From contig CAVVOP010000021.1 in the NCBI GenBank assembly GCA_963749915.1, positions 704,001 through 768,000 of the forward strand: a DNA stretch of 64,000 bases. The letters are read 5' to 3'. Below, piece by piece: positions 1 to 10,355 of this stretch; within the stretch, counting starts at the first letter, position 1, and each line of letters opens with the position of its first letter. The position numbers were made by a program, and so were the translations under genes. The stretch is from an uncultured cyanobacterium (GTDB lineage: Bacteria > Cyanobacteriota > Cyanobacteriia > Cyanobacteriales > Cyanobacteriaceae). The notes under the pieces are model-generated. The model was not told where the DNA came from. It did no database searches and saw only the letters and a program-made list of their open reading frames with translations.

Positions 1-835
1 AGATTCTTTACCTACCTATAAGTATTATGCCTTGCGCTCTATAGCAACAACGATGCTTAGTAAAAACAAACAACAATATTCCAGTTATTTACGGGAGTTA
101 GAAGCGAAAAATCATTTCATTATCAAAGCACCTACTACGGGAATGCTAGGGCGATCTTTAAAATATTCCCTGCCCTTGCAAAGTTTTTTCAGCTTCAACT
201 GGGGAGCAGGGTCGCCTTTCATGGCTTGCCAATTCTACGCAATACGTATCATAGCTAACTTGTATCTCAAAAATATGGAGCATTCCATCGCTAAGTATTT
301 TCAGAAGTTGGAGAAGAAGGAGGAGTTTATCCCGGCTCCCACAGCGGTCTCTCGCTACCATTTTTTGGATGAATCTTTCCACACCACCATATCTCAATTA
401 CTGGCGAAAGATATGTATAAACATTTCCCTAAGCCAACAGCATATGAGAAATTTGTAGCTAACATGGTAATTTACATGATGCAAAGTGGCACTTTAGGCG
501 GGCTTTCTGGTGTGTTACCTCATCGTTATTTTGCCGATGACTACTCGATTATGGAGCTAATTTACCAGCTACTACAAGCCCCTTTATTTGGCATGTCCGC
601 CCAGGAAGCACTTCACTGGCTAAATCAGTGCTTATGTTATGAACATGAAGGTTTTCATGGGGCACTGGAGAATCGCCAACGCCTTTTATCAGAAATGTGC
701 CGATTCTTTGAAGATATTGATTATCTCTGGCCCATCAACCGAGAAATGCGTTTAATGGCCGCACGAGGTTCAATCAGCGAAGCCATCGGCAACAATATCA
801 GGACCTTTGAGCATTTTTCTCGCTCGGTAACTTAA
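1..835 (+). CDS. CylC/BrtJ-type dimetal-carboxylate (ferritin-like) halogenase, 5'-truncated by window edge
   Basis: Frame is open from position 2 (DSLPTYKYYALRS...). Has HFLDESFHTTISQ (ExxH metal motif) and RIIANLYLKNMEH, typical of CylC-family enzymes. Sits next to KS/ACP genes. Confidence 0.8.
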   Translation, partial: DSLPTYKYYALRSIATTMLSKNKQQYSSYLRELEAKNHFIIKAPTTGMLGRSLKYSLPLQSFFSFNWGAGSPFMACQFYAIRIIANLYLKNMEHSIAKYFQKLEKKEEFIPAPTAVSRYHFLDESFHTTISQLLAKDMYKHFPKPTAYEKFVANMVIYMMQSGTLGGLSGVLPHRYFADDYSIMELIYQLLQAPLFGMSAQEALHWLNQCLCYEHEGFHGALENRQRLLSEMCRFFEDIDYLWPINREMRLMAARGSISEAIGNNIRTFEHFSRSVT

Positions 836-923
836 TTGTTCTCGATAGCTAGAACTAGAAATAACTCCGACTATTGTTAAGTCTTTTTTCCCTAATTACT
901 TTACTTTTTTGAATTTATTAAAT

Positions 924-3395
924 ATGGAACCCATAGCAATTGTTGGCATTGGTTGCCGTTTCCCTAAAGCAAAGAATCCCGAAGCCTTCTGGCAATTATT
1001 AAGAAATGGTGTAGATGCGATCACCGAGGTACCGTCAGAGCGGTGGGATATTGACAGATTTTATGAGCCTCAGCCAGCTACCCTAGGAAAAATGAATACT
1101 CGCTGGGGATGCTTTTTGGAACATGTAGATCAATTTGACCCTGGCTTTTTTGGTATTTCCACCCCTGAAGCAGAACACATGGATCCCCAGCAAAGATTGA
1201 TGTTGGAGGTAGCCTGGGAAGCTTTAGAAAACGCCGGAATAATACCAGAAACGCTGGGGGGTACCCAGACTGGGGTATTCGTTGGCATCACCAATGCTGA
1301 TTACAATAAACTTATCTACAAAGATGCTTACCAAGTCGGGGCATACAGTCCCACGGGGACCACCCAGTGCATTGCCGCTAATCGTCTGTCCTACTTGCTG
1401 AATCTGCGAGGACCCAGTATGGCCATCGATACGGCTTGTTCGTCGTCATTATTGTCAGTTCATTTGGCGTGTCAGAGTTTGAGGAGCTTAGAGTCGTGTT
1501 TATGCCTGGTCGGGGGAGTCAATCTGGTGCTGATTCCCGAACCAACTGTAAGTTGTTCCCAAGCTCAAATGCTGTCCTCTGAGGGTCGCTGTAAGATTTT
1601 TGATGCCAGTGCCAATGGCTATGTTCGGGGAGAGGGCTGTGGCGTAATTATCCTCAAGCGTCTATCTGATGCTGTTCAAGACGGAGATAATATCCTTGCC
1701 CTCATCAGGGGTACAGCAGTTAACCACAATGGGTTGAGCAACAGTCTGAGCGCACCCAATGGACTCGCTCAACAGTCTGTAATTCGCCAAGCTTTAGAAA
1801 ATGGAAACGTCAAACCCCCAGAGATTAGCTATGTTGATGCTCACGCTGTCGGTAGTGGGCTCGGAGACGCCATCGAGTTTAAAGCCCTTAAAGCAGTTCT
1901 CATGGAAGGTCGCGAGCCAGATCAACCCTGTAGGATAGGCTCGGTCAAAACCAATATCGGTCATTTAGAATCTGCTGCTGGGATTGCTGCTTTGATTAAA
2001 GTAGTCCTCTCGTTGCAACACGAAGAAATTCCTCCGCACCTACATCTTGAAGAGCTTAATCCTTATATTTCTCTGGAAGATACCCCATTTTCCATTCCTA
2101 CCAAGTTACAGCCATGGTCTCGTGGAGAAAAGAGTCGTTTCGCTGGGGTAAGTGCTTTTAGTTTTGGTGGCACTAATGCTCACATTATTTTAGAGGAAGC
2201 ACCCCGTTCAGTAAACACTCATCAGTTAGAAGTAAACAGTAATAAAGAAACCGAGCGTCCACTCCATCTATTAACCCTATCAGCTAAAACAGAAAATGCC
2301 TTATTAGAATTAGTTGGTAATTATCAAAACTATTTGGCAACTCATCCGCAATTAAAGCTTGCAGATATTTGCTTTACTGCTAATACTAAACGCACACATT
2401 TTAACCACCGCCTCTGTATAGTTGCTGAATCCATCGCCCAGTTACGGGAAAAGTTAAAGCCTATTATCGCTCAAGAAACAACTGCTAGAGTATTCAGGGG
2501 TAAAGTAAAGGGCAGAAAACGCCCTAAAATTGCTTTCTTCTTCCCCGAGAATGAATCGGCATCTCTGAGTATGGGGTATCAACTATATCAAACTCAGCCG
2601 ACATTTCGTCAAGCTTTCGATCGCTGTGCTGATTTTCTGCAACCCTACTTAGAAAAACCTCTCTTAGAAGAACTAGGAAAGAATTCTCAATCCCAAATCG
2701 ACCAACCTGCCTTATTTGCCCTGGAATATGCCCTTGCCCAACTGTGGTATTCCTGGGGTATTAAACCCAAAGCAGTTATGGGTTGTGGAATCGGAGAATA
2801 CGTTGCGGCTACCGTAGCTGGGGTATTTAGTCTAGAAGAAGCCCTTAAATTGATTGCCGAAAGAACTCGTCTAAAGCAAGCAAACTGTTCGCTGGAAGAA
2901 ACCCTCTCTGCTTTTGCACCAATAGCCGAACAAGTAAGCTACTCTCAACCAAAGATTGGCTTTATTTCCACTTCCAGTGGAGAATTGACAACAAAATCAA
3001 TAGCGACTCCCGAGTATTGGTGTCTTCATTTACAACAGTCGGAAATCTCTGCTGGTGGTATAGAAGCTTTAGCCGACTATCAAGTGGTTTTGACCATGGG
3101 TTCACAGGCGACTTCTTTATGCCAAGAAGTGGGAACTCACCTATTTAGCTTAGGTCAAGGACGAGATGATTGGCTAGAAATGCTTTCTAGTTTAGGAGAA
3201 TTATTTGTTCGCGGGATAGCCATAGACTGGTGTAGTTTTGACCGAGATTATCCCCGTCGTCGTCTCCAACTACCGACTTATCCATTTCAGCGACAGCGAT
3301 ACTGGTTTAAATCTACTGATAATGAGCAGCAATTATTGCCTCACCACAAAGATCTAGACTCTGACTTCGAAAAAGTTTTGGCCCTCTCATCTTAA
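924..3395 (+). CDS. Type I PKS KS-AT didomain with degenerate AT (KS-AT0)
   Basis: MEPIAIVGIGCRFP start, DPQQRL, DTACSSS (catalytic Cys), HAVGSGLGD (normally HGTGT), KTNIGHLE, LPTYPFQRQRYW. AT motif is GCGIG instead of GHSxG and the AT is shortened. ATG 924 preferred over TTG 909. Confidence 0.9.
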   Translation: MEPIAIVGIGCRFPKAKNPEAFWQLLRNGVDAITEVPSERWDIDRFYEPQPATLGKMNTRWGCFLEHVDQFDPGFFGISTPEAEHMDPQQRLMLEVAWEALENAGIIPETLGGTQTGVFVGITNADYNKLIYKDAYQVGAYSPTGTTQCIAANRLSYLLNLRGPSMAIDTACSSSLLSVHLACQSLRSLESCLCLVGGVNLVLIPEPTVSCSQAQMLSSEGRCKIFDASANGYVRGEGCGVIILKRLSDAVQDGDNILALIRGTAVNHNGLSNSLSAPNGLAQQSVIRQALENGNVKPPEISYVDAHAVGSGLGDAIEFKALKAVLMEGREPDQPCRIGSVKTNIGHLESAAGIAALIKVVLSLQHEEIPPHLHLEELNPYISLEDTPFSIPTKLQPWSRGEKSRFAGVSAFSFGGTNAHIILEEAPRSVNTHQLEVNSNKETERPLHLLTLSAKTENALLELVGNYQNYLATHPQLKLADICFTANTKRTHFNHRLCIVAESIAQLREKLKPIIAQETTARVFRGKVKGRKRPKIAFFFPENESASLSMGYQLYQTQPTFRQAFDRCADFLQPYLEKPLLEELGKNSQSQIDQPALFALEYALAQLWYSWGIKPKAVMGCGIGEYVAATVAGVFSLEEALKLIAERTRLKQANCSLEETLSAFAPIAEQVSYSQPKIGFISTSSGELTTKSIATPEYWCLHLQQSEISAGGIEALADYQVVLTMGSQATSLCQEVGTHLFSLGQGRDDWLEMLSSLGELFVRGIAIDWCSFDRDYPRRRLQLPTYPFQRQRYWFKSTDNEQQLLPHHKDLDSDFEKVLALSS

Positions 3396-3446
3396 TTATA
3401 CGGAAACTTAACAAAAAACTTGTGTTCTATTATTAGGTAAAAACCA

Positions 3447-3761
3447 ATGAAAGAAAAGATTTTAGAAGCCCCACAGCATCCGAGTACTCCATCGATGAGT
3501 GCAGAAGATATTCAAGATTGGTTGGCATCTCAAATTGCTGAACAGTTAGGAGTCGACCCCGATGAGATTGATATTCGAGTACCTTTCGATAGCTACAGCT
3601 TAGACTCTGTGCAGATCATGGCCATTGCGAGCCTAGGAAAACAATATTTAGGTCTGCAACTCTCTCCCCTGGTTATCTGGAATTATCCCAATATTGACTC
3701 TCTGTCTCACCACTTGGCTCAAGAATTACAAGCTTCGGAAATAGAGGTTTTAGAACTATGA
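3447..3761 (+). CDS. Stand-alone acyl carrier protein with C-terminal docking motif
   Basis: FDSYSLDSVQIM phosphopantetheine site, WNYPNIDSLS, acidic C-terminus SEIEVLEL. Confidence 0.9.
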   Translation: MKEKILEAPQHPSTPSMSAEDIQDWLASQIAEQLGVDPDEIDIRVPFDSYSLDSVQIMAIASLGKQYLGLQLSPLVIWNYPNIDSLSHHLAQELQASEIEVLEL

Positions 3762-5668
3762 AAACTATCCATGTATCAGAACTTTTGACAAATCTTAGTC
3801 AACAAGGGGTTCAGTTGTGGAGTGATCATGACAAATTAAAAATCAATGCTCCCAAGGGAACTTTAACCCCACAAATTCAGGCAGATCTAACCGCACGCAA
3901 AACAGAAATTCTCACTTTTTTGCGTGAAAGTAATGATTCTGGTTGCCAAACTTCTACTGGACTAAGTTTACAGACAATTGGTCGTTTAATTGGTGGATCT
4001 TGTCCTAGTTCTCCCATAGAGTTCAAATCACCCATTGTCGATCCCAAAGTAATGGCAAAACACCTCAAAGTTACCTTGAGACCATTGCCAAAAGGATTTG
4101 AGAATCAAGCTATTCTGAAGCTTGGCCAAGAATTAGAACTCAAGCTGCGAAACTACGGCGTGCAAATTATTTCTTGGGAAAAAGCAACCAGGGACTTTGC
4201 TTATGGAATTCCTATTCCCTTAACTAAATGGAAAAAAACGATTAAAACCAGAGTAGTTAAACCTGAAATTAGTGCGGTAATAGATGTTAGCAGACCGAGC
4301 AATAAAATTAAAAGTTTTATTGCCGAAAAATTCTATCAAATTTATTCTCAATTTTTCTTGAGAAATCAAAAAAAATCCCTTGCGACAATTACCAAGTTGA
4401 TTGCCTGGGCTGAAGATCATACAATGCAACGTCTCGAAGATCCTACCGCTACTCAAGTAATTATGTTGACACAGCTCGATCGAGATTTTGTTGACTCAAA
4501 AGTCCCCTATGAAAGGAAAATTGCTATTGGTGTAAATACTTTAGTAAAAAGCTTTGCTGAAATTGTGATCGGGGTATCTGAGAGCAAGATTTCTATCTTA
4601 AATATGAATCTTGCCGATTCTCTTTTTCCGAGAGAAAAGTTTGATGATTTCGTTTTGAAATCCTTAATTCCGAAAATTTACGTACCGATCGCACCTTTGC
4701 CCCTCAATCGCTTTGCCATAAGTAAATACAATCCCAAACAATCACTTTATGCAACTAAATTACAACAATTGAGTCAAGAATTGGCAAATACGGGACTTTT
4801 TCCTTCCGGCTTCAAACTCGGTGAGATAATTAAACGGCAATCCCATCGAGACATTGTTGATTCAATTGTCAATGGTAGAACAGGTGTTTCTTACGGTTTT
4901 GTTGCTTATGCCGAGCCACCACAGTATATTGGCGATCGCCAAATCACAGAAAGTCAGTGGCAAAGTCTCTCATCCGTAGAGGGATTTAGTAGCAAGGAAG
5001 TCCGTCAAAATGCCATGGGCAGACGGTATCTCAAAACCAAGATCAAGGATCGATACGCCTACAAACAAATTCCCGATATCTGGCTAGTATGTTCCCGTTC
5101 CGGTGCCAATAAGACAGATTTAAAGCTAGAGGGTGACATTCTTAGGATAGGTATGAAAAATAATTTATACCTTGAGATAGCAGAAGGTATCGATCCGACA
5201 CAAGTAGATGTCAAGCCTTCTTACGATACTTACGTGATGGTAGCGATCGCCCTCTCAGCAGCTCTGTATGCACCTGAATTAATAGAGAATGGTGCACCAA
5301 TGATTCATTTTCACGGCTATCCAGCCAAAGACTGGTTTGAGTCAAAGGAATTTTGGGCTGGAGTTGAGCATCCCTCTGTCCCCTGTGGAACTTATGAATC
5401 GGGAGTATTCAATTTTCTCAGTATTTATAATTTGGTCAACCAAAAGGACACCCCTATTGCCTTAGCCAGTCTAATCGAACCGGATCACGGCACGAATATT
5501 ATCACCAGCGATTCGGAGTATTTACTAGCAAGATTAGCAAGGGGAATCCAACAGCAACAAATCGAATTAGGTGGCAAGCATTTTGCTTCCCTTAGCGAAA
5601 GACCCTTAGCCGTGGCAAATCCGCAAGGATACACCGCCATTTGCCCTGACAAAAGTTTGAACATGTAA
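3758..5668 (+). CDS. Uncharacterised enzyme: TubC-N-type beta-hairpin docking domain plus C-terminal class II aldolase/adducin-like domain
   Basis: N-terminus ELLTNLSQQGVQLWSDHDKLKINAPKGTLTP...TARKTEILTFL resembles TubC_N. C-terminus has SRSGANK...D, KPSYD, IHFHG, PCGT and PDHG in the order seen in class II aldolases. ATGA overlap with the ACP gene. Confidence 0.6.
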   Translation: MKTIHVSELLTNLSQQGVQLWSDHDKLKINAPKGTLTPQIQADLTARKTEILTFLRESNDSGCQTSTGLSLQTIGRLIGGSCPSSPIEFKSPIVDPKVMAKHLKVTLRPLPKGFENQAILKLGQELELKLRNYGVQIISWEKATRDFAYGIPIPLTKWKKTIKTRVVKPEISAVIDVSRPSNKIKSFIAEKFYQIYSQFFLRNQKKSLATITKLIAWAEDHTMQRLEDPTATQVIMLTQLDRDFVDSKVPYERKIAIGVNTLVKSFAEIVIGVSESKISILNMNLADSLFPREKFDDFVLKSLIPKIYVPIAPLPLNRFAISKYNPKQSLYATKLQQLSQELANTGLFPSGFKLGEIIKRQSHRDIVDSIVNGRTGVSYGFVAYAEPPQYIGDRQITESQWQSLSSVEGFSSKEVRQNAMGRRYLKTKIKDRYAYKQIPDIWLVCSRSGANKTDLKLEGDILRIGMKNNLYLEIAEGIDPTQVDVKPSYDTYVMVAIALSAALYAPELIENGAPMIHFHGYPAKDWFESKEFWAGVEHPSVPCGTYESGVFNFLSIYNLVNQKDTPIALASLIEPDHGTNIITSDSEYLLARLARGIQQQQIELGGKHFASLSERPLAVANPQGYTAICPDKSLNM

Positions 5669-5689
5669 TTTAATGCGGAACTGAGCGAC

Positions 5690-6559
5690 ATGACAACCAT
5701 AGCAGGTAAAACAGTACTTCTAACCGGTGCCTCCCGAGGTATTGGCCTATTTATCGCCCGTGAACTAGCCAAAAAACAGGCAACTATAGTGGCTGTAGCC
5801 CGTTCCCGAGAAAAATTGGATCGAGTCTGTGGGGAAATTAATAATAATTGGGGTGGGAAAGCTATTGGCATTTCTTTCGACCTAAGCCAGGTAGAACAAC
5901 TACCAACCTTGGTAGAAAAGATTGAAAAACAGGCTGGTTCGATTGACATCTTAATTAACAACGCCGGCAGAGAAATCTATCGAGCTTTCCCCGATTATTC
6001 CCTTGCTGAGCTTCAGTCAGTTTTATCAATTAACTTGCTGGCGGCGATGGAGTTGACCCGTTTACTATTGCCAAATATGTTAGAGCAACGCACCGGTCAC
6101 GTTGTCAATATTGCCTCTCTGGCTAGTAAAAAGGGACATCCTTACGACAGTATTTATTCTGCCAGTAAAGCCGGTTTGCTGATGTGGGCTGATGCCCTCA
6201 GACAAGAATTAGCGAATACTGGAGTAGGAATTTCTTCTATTTGCCCTGGATACATTTCCGACTTCGGACTGTTAGCCGATACTGGCGTGCCCTCACCGAG
6301 TTTGGCAGGCACCTCTAAATCACAAGATGTAGCCAAAGCAGTAGTGGGGGCGATCGAGAAAAACAAAGCGGAAGTCATAGTCAATGGTGGATTGCTTACA
6401 GAAAGTCTAACAAAGCTATTATTGGCGATCGAACAATTTTTTCCTCAACTGGGAGATTCGGTTAATCAGTTGCTAGGTGTAACTAGGCTCAATCAAATGC
6501 GCATTAAAGCTGTTGAGAATAATCAGAAAAATACTAAACAAGCGAGTTTAGTTAGATAA
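5690..6559 (+). CDS. Short-chain dehydrogenase/reductase
   Basis: TGASRGIG, NNAG, YSASK motifs. Confidence 0.92.
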   Translation: MTTIAGKTVLLTGASRGIGLFIARELAKKQATIVAVARSREKLDRVCGEINNNWGGKAIGISFDLSQVEQLPTLVEKIEKQAGSIDILINNAGREIYRAFPDYSLAELQSVLSINLLAAMELTRLLLPNMLEQRTGHVVNIASLASKKGHPYDSIYSASKAGLLMWADALRQELANTGVGISSICPGYISDFGLLADTGVPSPSLAGTSKSQDVAKAVVGAIEKNKAEVIVNGGLLTESLTKLLLAIEQFFPQLGDSVNQLLGVTRLNQMRIKAVENNQKNTKQASLVR

Positions 6560-6630
6560 ATTTTCCACAAAATAACCAAGATTTCAAGGCCAAAAAAAAC
6601 AACTTATCAGGTACAGGAGGTTTAATTAAG

Positions 6631-7785
6631 ATGAAAAAAGTATATTTCATGATTTACGACATGGGGGCAGGTCATCGTAGCACTGCCAATGCCTTGAAAG
6701 AAGTTATCGAACAGTACAAAATCCCCTGGAAAGTTGAAGTCGTTGAAGTTTTCAAAGAAGTCTTTGGCATGACTAGACCCCAGTTTGTCTATAACAATTG
6801 GGTATTGAAAAAAAAATGGGCAAAACTGATTAATGACCCCTTATCGGTTCCCTTATTCAAGCTGGAAATTCGCCTTCGACATCGAGCTTGGCAAAAACGC
6901 CTGAAAGATTATTGGCGGCAGCATCAACCAGATCTCGTCGTTTCTCTGATGCCACTAGTTAATCGGGTGCTTTCTGAAAGCTTACAGGAAGAGCTACCAA
7001 AAACTCCTTTTGTTACCTCGATCACGGATTTTGCTGACTGCCCTCCCCACTTCTGGATTGAACCCCAAGAACAGTTGCTAATTTGTCCTTCTGAGCAAGC
7101 AGTTAAACAAGCACAATCTTTTGGTTATCCCCTGGAAAGAATTTACCGAACCTCGGGAGTAGTTATTCACCCTCAGTTTTATGAGCCAGTGAAAATGGAT
7201 CGGCCGGTTGAAAGACAACGCTTAGGACTAGATCCAGATTTACCCACAGGCCTAGTTATCTTTGGCAGTAATGGCTCGAAGGAAATGATCGAGATTGCTG
7301 AGCGTTTAGAGAATTCATCCCTAAACCTCCAACTCATCTTTATCTGCGGCAGAAATGAAAAACTAGCCAAAGAGTTGCAAAATAGGCAAACTCGCTTCCC
7401 TAAGTATGTTGAAGGATTTACCACACAAATTCCCCACTATATGGATTTATGCGATTTCTTCATTGGTAAACCTGGCAGTGTTGGCGTTAGCGAGGCTGTA
7501 GGCAGAAAACTGCCAGTAATTACGGAGTGTAATAATCTCACAACTTTGTTTCAAGAACGAGCTAGTGCCCATTGGCTGACAGATAACGGATTCGGCATTG
7601 TTGTTGAGAATTTCCGCGAGATTAGCAAAGCCGTGGCAGAACTAATCCAGCCGGAAAACTTGTCTCGCTATCGGTCTAATGTGGAAGCTTATAACAATCG
7701 GGCTGTCTTTGAAGTTGTCGATATTTTAGAAAAAATCCTGGAAAACTCAACACTAGAAGCTGACCACAAATTAATTCAAGTGTAA
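6631..7785 (+). CDS. GT28 / MGDG-synthase-like glycosyltransferase (paralog 1)
   Basis: GAGHRSTA, PDLVVS, ITDF, ICGRN, FIGKPG motifs. Confidence 0.85.
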   Translation: MKKVYFMIYDMGAGHRSTANALKEVIEQYKIPWKVEVVEVFKEVFGMTRPQFVYNNWVLKKKWAKLINDPLSVPLFKLEIRLRHRAWQKRLKDYWRQHQPDLVVSLMPLVNRVLSESLQEELPKTPFVTSITDFADCPPHFWIEPQEQLLICPSEQAVKQAQSFGYPLERIYRTSGVVIHPQFYEPVKMDRPVERQRLGLDPDLPTGLVIFGSNGSKEMIEIAERLENSSLNLQLIFICGRNEKLAKELQNRQTRFPKYVEGFTTQIPHYMDLCDFFIGKPGSVGVSEAVGRKLPVITECNNLTTLFQERASAHWLTDNGFGIVVENFREISKAVAELIQPENLSRYRSNVEAYNNRAVFEVVDILEKILENSTLEADHKLIQV

Positions 7786-7867
7786 AAAACGATGAGGCTT
7801 CACAGATCGCTGTGCGATCGCAACTATTACCAATTTTCGAGAAAACAATTTTGATGGAGAATTGAAC

Positions 7868-8701
7868 ATGAAAACTATAGCAAACAAAACAGTAGTTTTA
7901 ACTGGAGCTTCAGGGGGTATTGGTGCATTCGTTGCTCGTGCTTTAGCCCAAGAGGGAGCAACCGTAGTCGGGGTTTCTCGTTCTCAGGCAAATTTAGAAC
8001 AAATCTGTACTGAGGTTGAGACATTGGGGGGCAAAGGAATCAGCATTCCCTTCGACATCAGCCGCCTAGAAAAATTACCCGTCCTGGTAGAAAAGATTGA
8101 GGCAATTGCTGGTTCAGTTGATATTTTAATTAACAATGCGGCAATTGAAAAATTTCGACCTTTCCCAAACTACGCCTTAGAAGATATCCAATCGATCTTG
8201 ACGCTCAATCTTCATGCACCCATGGAATTAACCCGCTTGTTATTGCCAAGCATGATAGAGCGAAACAGTGGTCATATCGTCAATATTTCTTCGGGTGCTG
8301 GTAAAAAAGGAGCACCTTTTAACAGCGTCTATTCTGCCAGTAAAGCAGGTTTAATCACCTGGTCTGAGGGAATACGACATGAGTTAGCCAAGACCAATAT
8401 CGGAGTTTCGGTAATCTGCCCTGGATGTACCAATGCGGGAATGTTCCTCGCCCTAGATATTCCAGCACCTAGTGGAGCTCGCATTGCCGAACCATCAGAG
8501 GTGGCAGATGTGGTAATTCAAGCCATTAAGCAAAACCAAAAAGAAGTCATCCTCGATAGTTTTGCGGTCAAGGTTTTTTATGCCCTTTCCCAACTGTCTC
8601 CAGACTTTGGCGATTCGATGATTCAAAAATCTGGAGTGGTAGAGACGAACCAAAGTCTTGCTCAAAAGCAAATGCAGCTTAAAAGTCTCGTCCGCAATTA
8701 A
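7868..8701 (+). CDS. Short-chain dehydrogenase/reductase (paralog of 5690..6559)
   Basis: TGASGGIG, NNAA, YSASK; visibly similar to the first SDR. ATG 7868 preferred. Confidence 0.92.
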   Translation: MKTIANKTVVLTGASGGIGAFVARALAQEGATVVGVSRSQANLEQICTEVETLGGKGISIPFDISRLEKLPVLVEKIEAIAGSVDILINNAAIEKFRPFPNYALEDIQSILTLNLHAPMELTRLLLPSMIERNSGHIVNISSGAGKKGAPFNSVYSASKAGLITWSEGIRHELAKTNIGVSVICPGCTNAGMFLALDIPAPSGARIAEPSEVADVVIQAIKQNQKEVILDSFAVKVFYALSQLSPDFGDSMIQKSGVVETNQSLAQKQMQLKSLVRN

Positions 8702-8744
8702 ATTTTATCAATCATGACAAAATGTCCTGGAGTAGCAAATTAAG

Positions 8745-10322
8745 ATGAATAACAATCATTATGATGTCATAATTATCGGTACCGGTGCGGGTGGTGGCAC
8801 TCTCGCCAGAACTCTGGCCCCCAGCGGCAAGAAAATTTTACTTTTAGAGCGAGGAAATTTTCTGCCCAAAGAAAAAGCTAATTGGGATTCTCAAGAAGTT
8901 TACGGTAAAGACCGCTATCGCACTACTGACGAGTGGTATGACAAAGACGGCAATCCCTTTCAACCCTTTACTCATTATTTTGTGGGTGGAAACACTAAAT
9001 TTTACGGTAGCGCACTGTACCGTTTTCGTGAACGAGACTTTGAAGAAGTTCTGCATAAAGATGGTATTTCTCCAGAATGGCCCTTGAAATATCAAGATTT
9101 TGAACCTTACTATACTAAAGCGGAAAAACTCTATGATGTACACGGAAAAAGAGGTATTGACCCGACTGAACCCCCCAGTGATCAAGACTATCCCTTTCCA
9201 CCCATCAGCCACGAACCCCAGATCGAAAAAATCTGCCATAACCTTAAAGATAGGGGTTTTCATCCCTGTTATCAGCCCCTAGGGATCAAGCTTAATGAAG
9301 TCAATCGTTTTATAAGTACCTGTATTCGTTGTAATACCTGTGATGGCTTTCCTTGCATGGTTAATGCCAAAGCCGATGGCGATGTAAATGGCGTACGTCC
9401 GGCAATGGTCTATGAGAACCTAACTTTAATCACTGAAGCCAAAGTATTGTGCCTACACACCAGTCCCTCAGGACGGGAGGTGACAGGCGTGGAAGCAGAA
9501 ATTGCGGGAGAAAGACAAATTTTTTCGAGCGATATCGTAGTAGTTGCTGGGGGAGCGATCAACTCAGCTGTTTTACTACTTAAATCTGCTAACGAGCAAC
9601 ATCCTCATGGATTAGCCAATAGTTCCGATCTAGTAGGCCGTAACTATATGCGGCACAAGATTTCAGCCATTGTCGCTTTGGGAGTTAAACCCAATCCAAC
9701 GGTGTATCCGAAAACCCTTGCTGTAAATGATTTTTATTGGGGAGAGTCAGATTTTCCTTACCCGATGGGTCACGTACAAACTTTGGGTAATATCACCGAA
9801 GACCGTGCTGCGGCTAATAGTCCGCCTTTTGTTCCCAGTAAACTAATTCCTAGAGCGGTATTTAAAGCGATCGCAAATCGCACAACTCCCTGGTTTTTGA
9901 TGGCAGAAGACTTACCAGATCCCAACAATCGCGTACGCGTCGAGGGGGAGAAAATTTTTCTCGAATATACCAACAATAACGACGAAGCACTCAACCGTCT
10001 AGTTAAACGCTGGCAGGAAGTTCTGAGGTCGATTGAACCTTTATCGCTCTTTTTTACCACAGAGATGTCCATCAAAGACGTTGGTCATCAGTGCGGTACT
10101 TGTCTTTTTGGCGAAGATCCTGCGACTTCTGTACTCGATCTCAATTGCCGCACCCACGATGTCGATAACCTTTACGTTGTGGATGGAAGTTTTTTCCCTT
10201 CCAGTGCCGCTTTGAACCCAACGCTGACCATTATTGCCAATGCCATTAGGGTGGGAGAACACCTGCTCGACAGGATGCGTTGCTCCGAGCGTGCATCCCT
10301 AAATAACTATCAGTCCGTATAG
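8745..10322 (+). CDS. GMC-family FAD oxidoreductase
   Basis: IIGTGAGGG, VGGNTKFYG, CIRCNTCDGFPC, HQCGT, NLYVVDGSFFPS...NPTLTI. Confidence 0.9.
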   Translation: MNNNHYDVIIIGTGAGGGTLARTLAPSGKKILLLERGNFLPKEKANWDSQEVYGKDRYRTTDEWYDKDGNPFQPFTHYFVGGNTKFYGSALYRFRERDFEEVLHKDGISPEWPLKYQDFEPYYTKAEKLYDVHGKRGIDPTEPPSDQDYPFPPISHEPQIEKICHNLKDRGFHPCYQPLGIKLNEVNRFISTCIRCNTCDGFPCMVNAKADGDVNGVRPAMVYENLTLITEAKVLCLHTSPSGREVTGVEAEIAGERQIFSSDIVVVAGGAINSAVLLLKSANEQHPHGLANSSDLVGRNYMRHKISAIVALGVKPNPTVYPKTLAVNDFYWGESDFPYPMGHVQTLGNITEDRAAANSPPFVPSKLIPRAVFKAIANRTTPWFLMAEDLPDPNNRVRVEGEKIFLEYTNNNDEALNRLVKRWQEVLRSIEPLSLFFTTEMSIKDVGHQCGTCLFGEDPATSVLDLNCRTHDVDNLYVVDGSFFPSSAALNPTLTIIANAIRVGEHLLDRMRCSERASLNNYQSV

Positions 10323-10355
10323 ACATCCACATCAACAATAGTCGGAGCAAAATTT

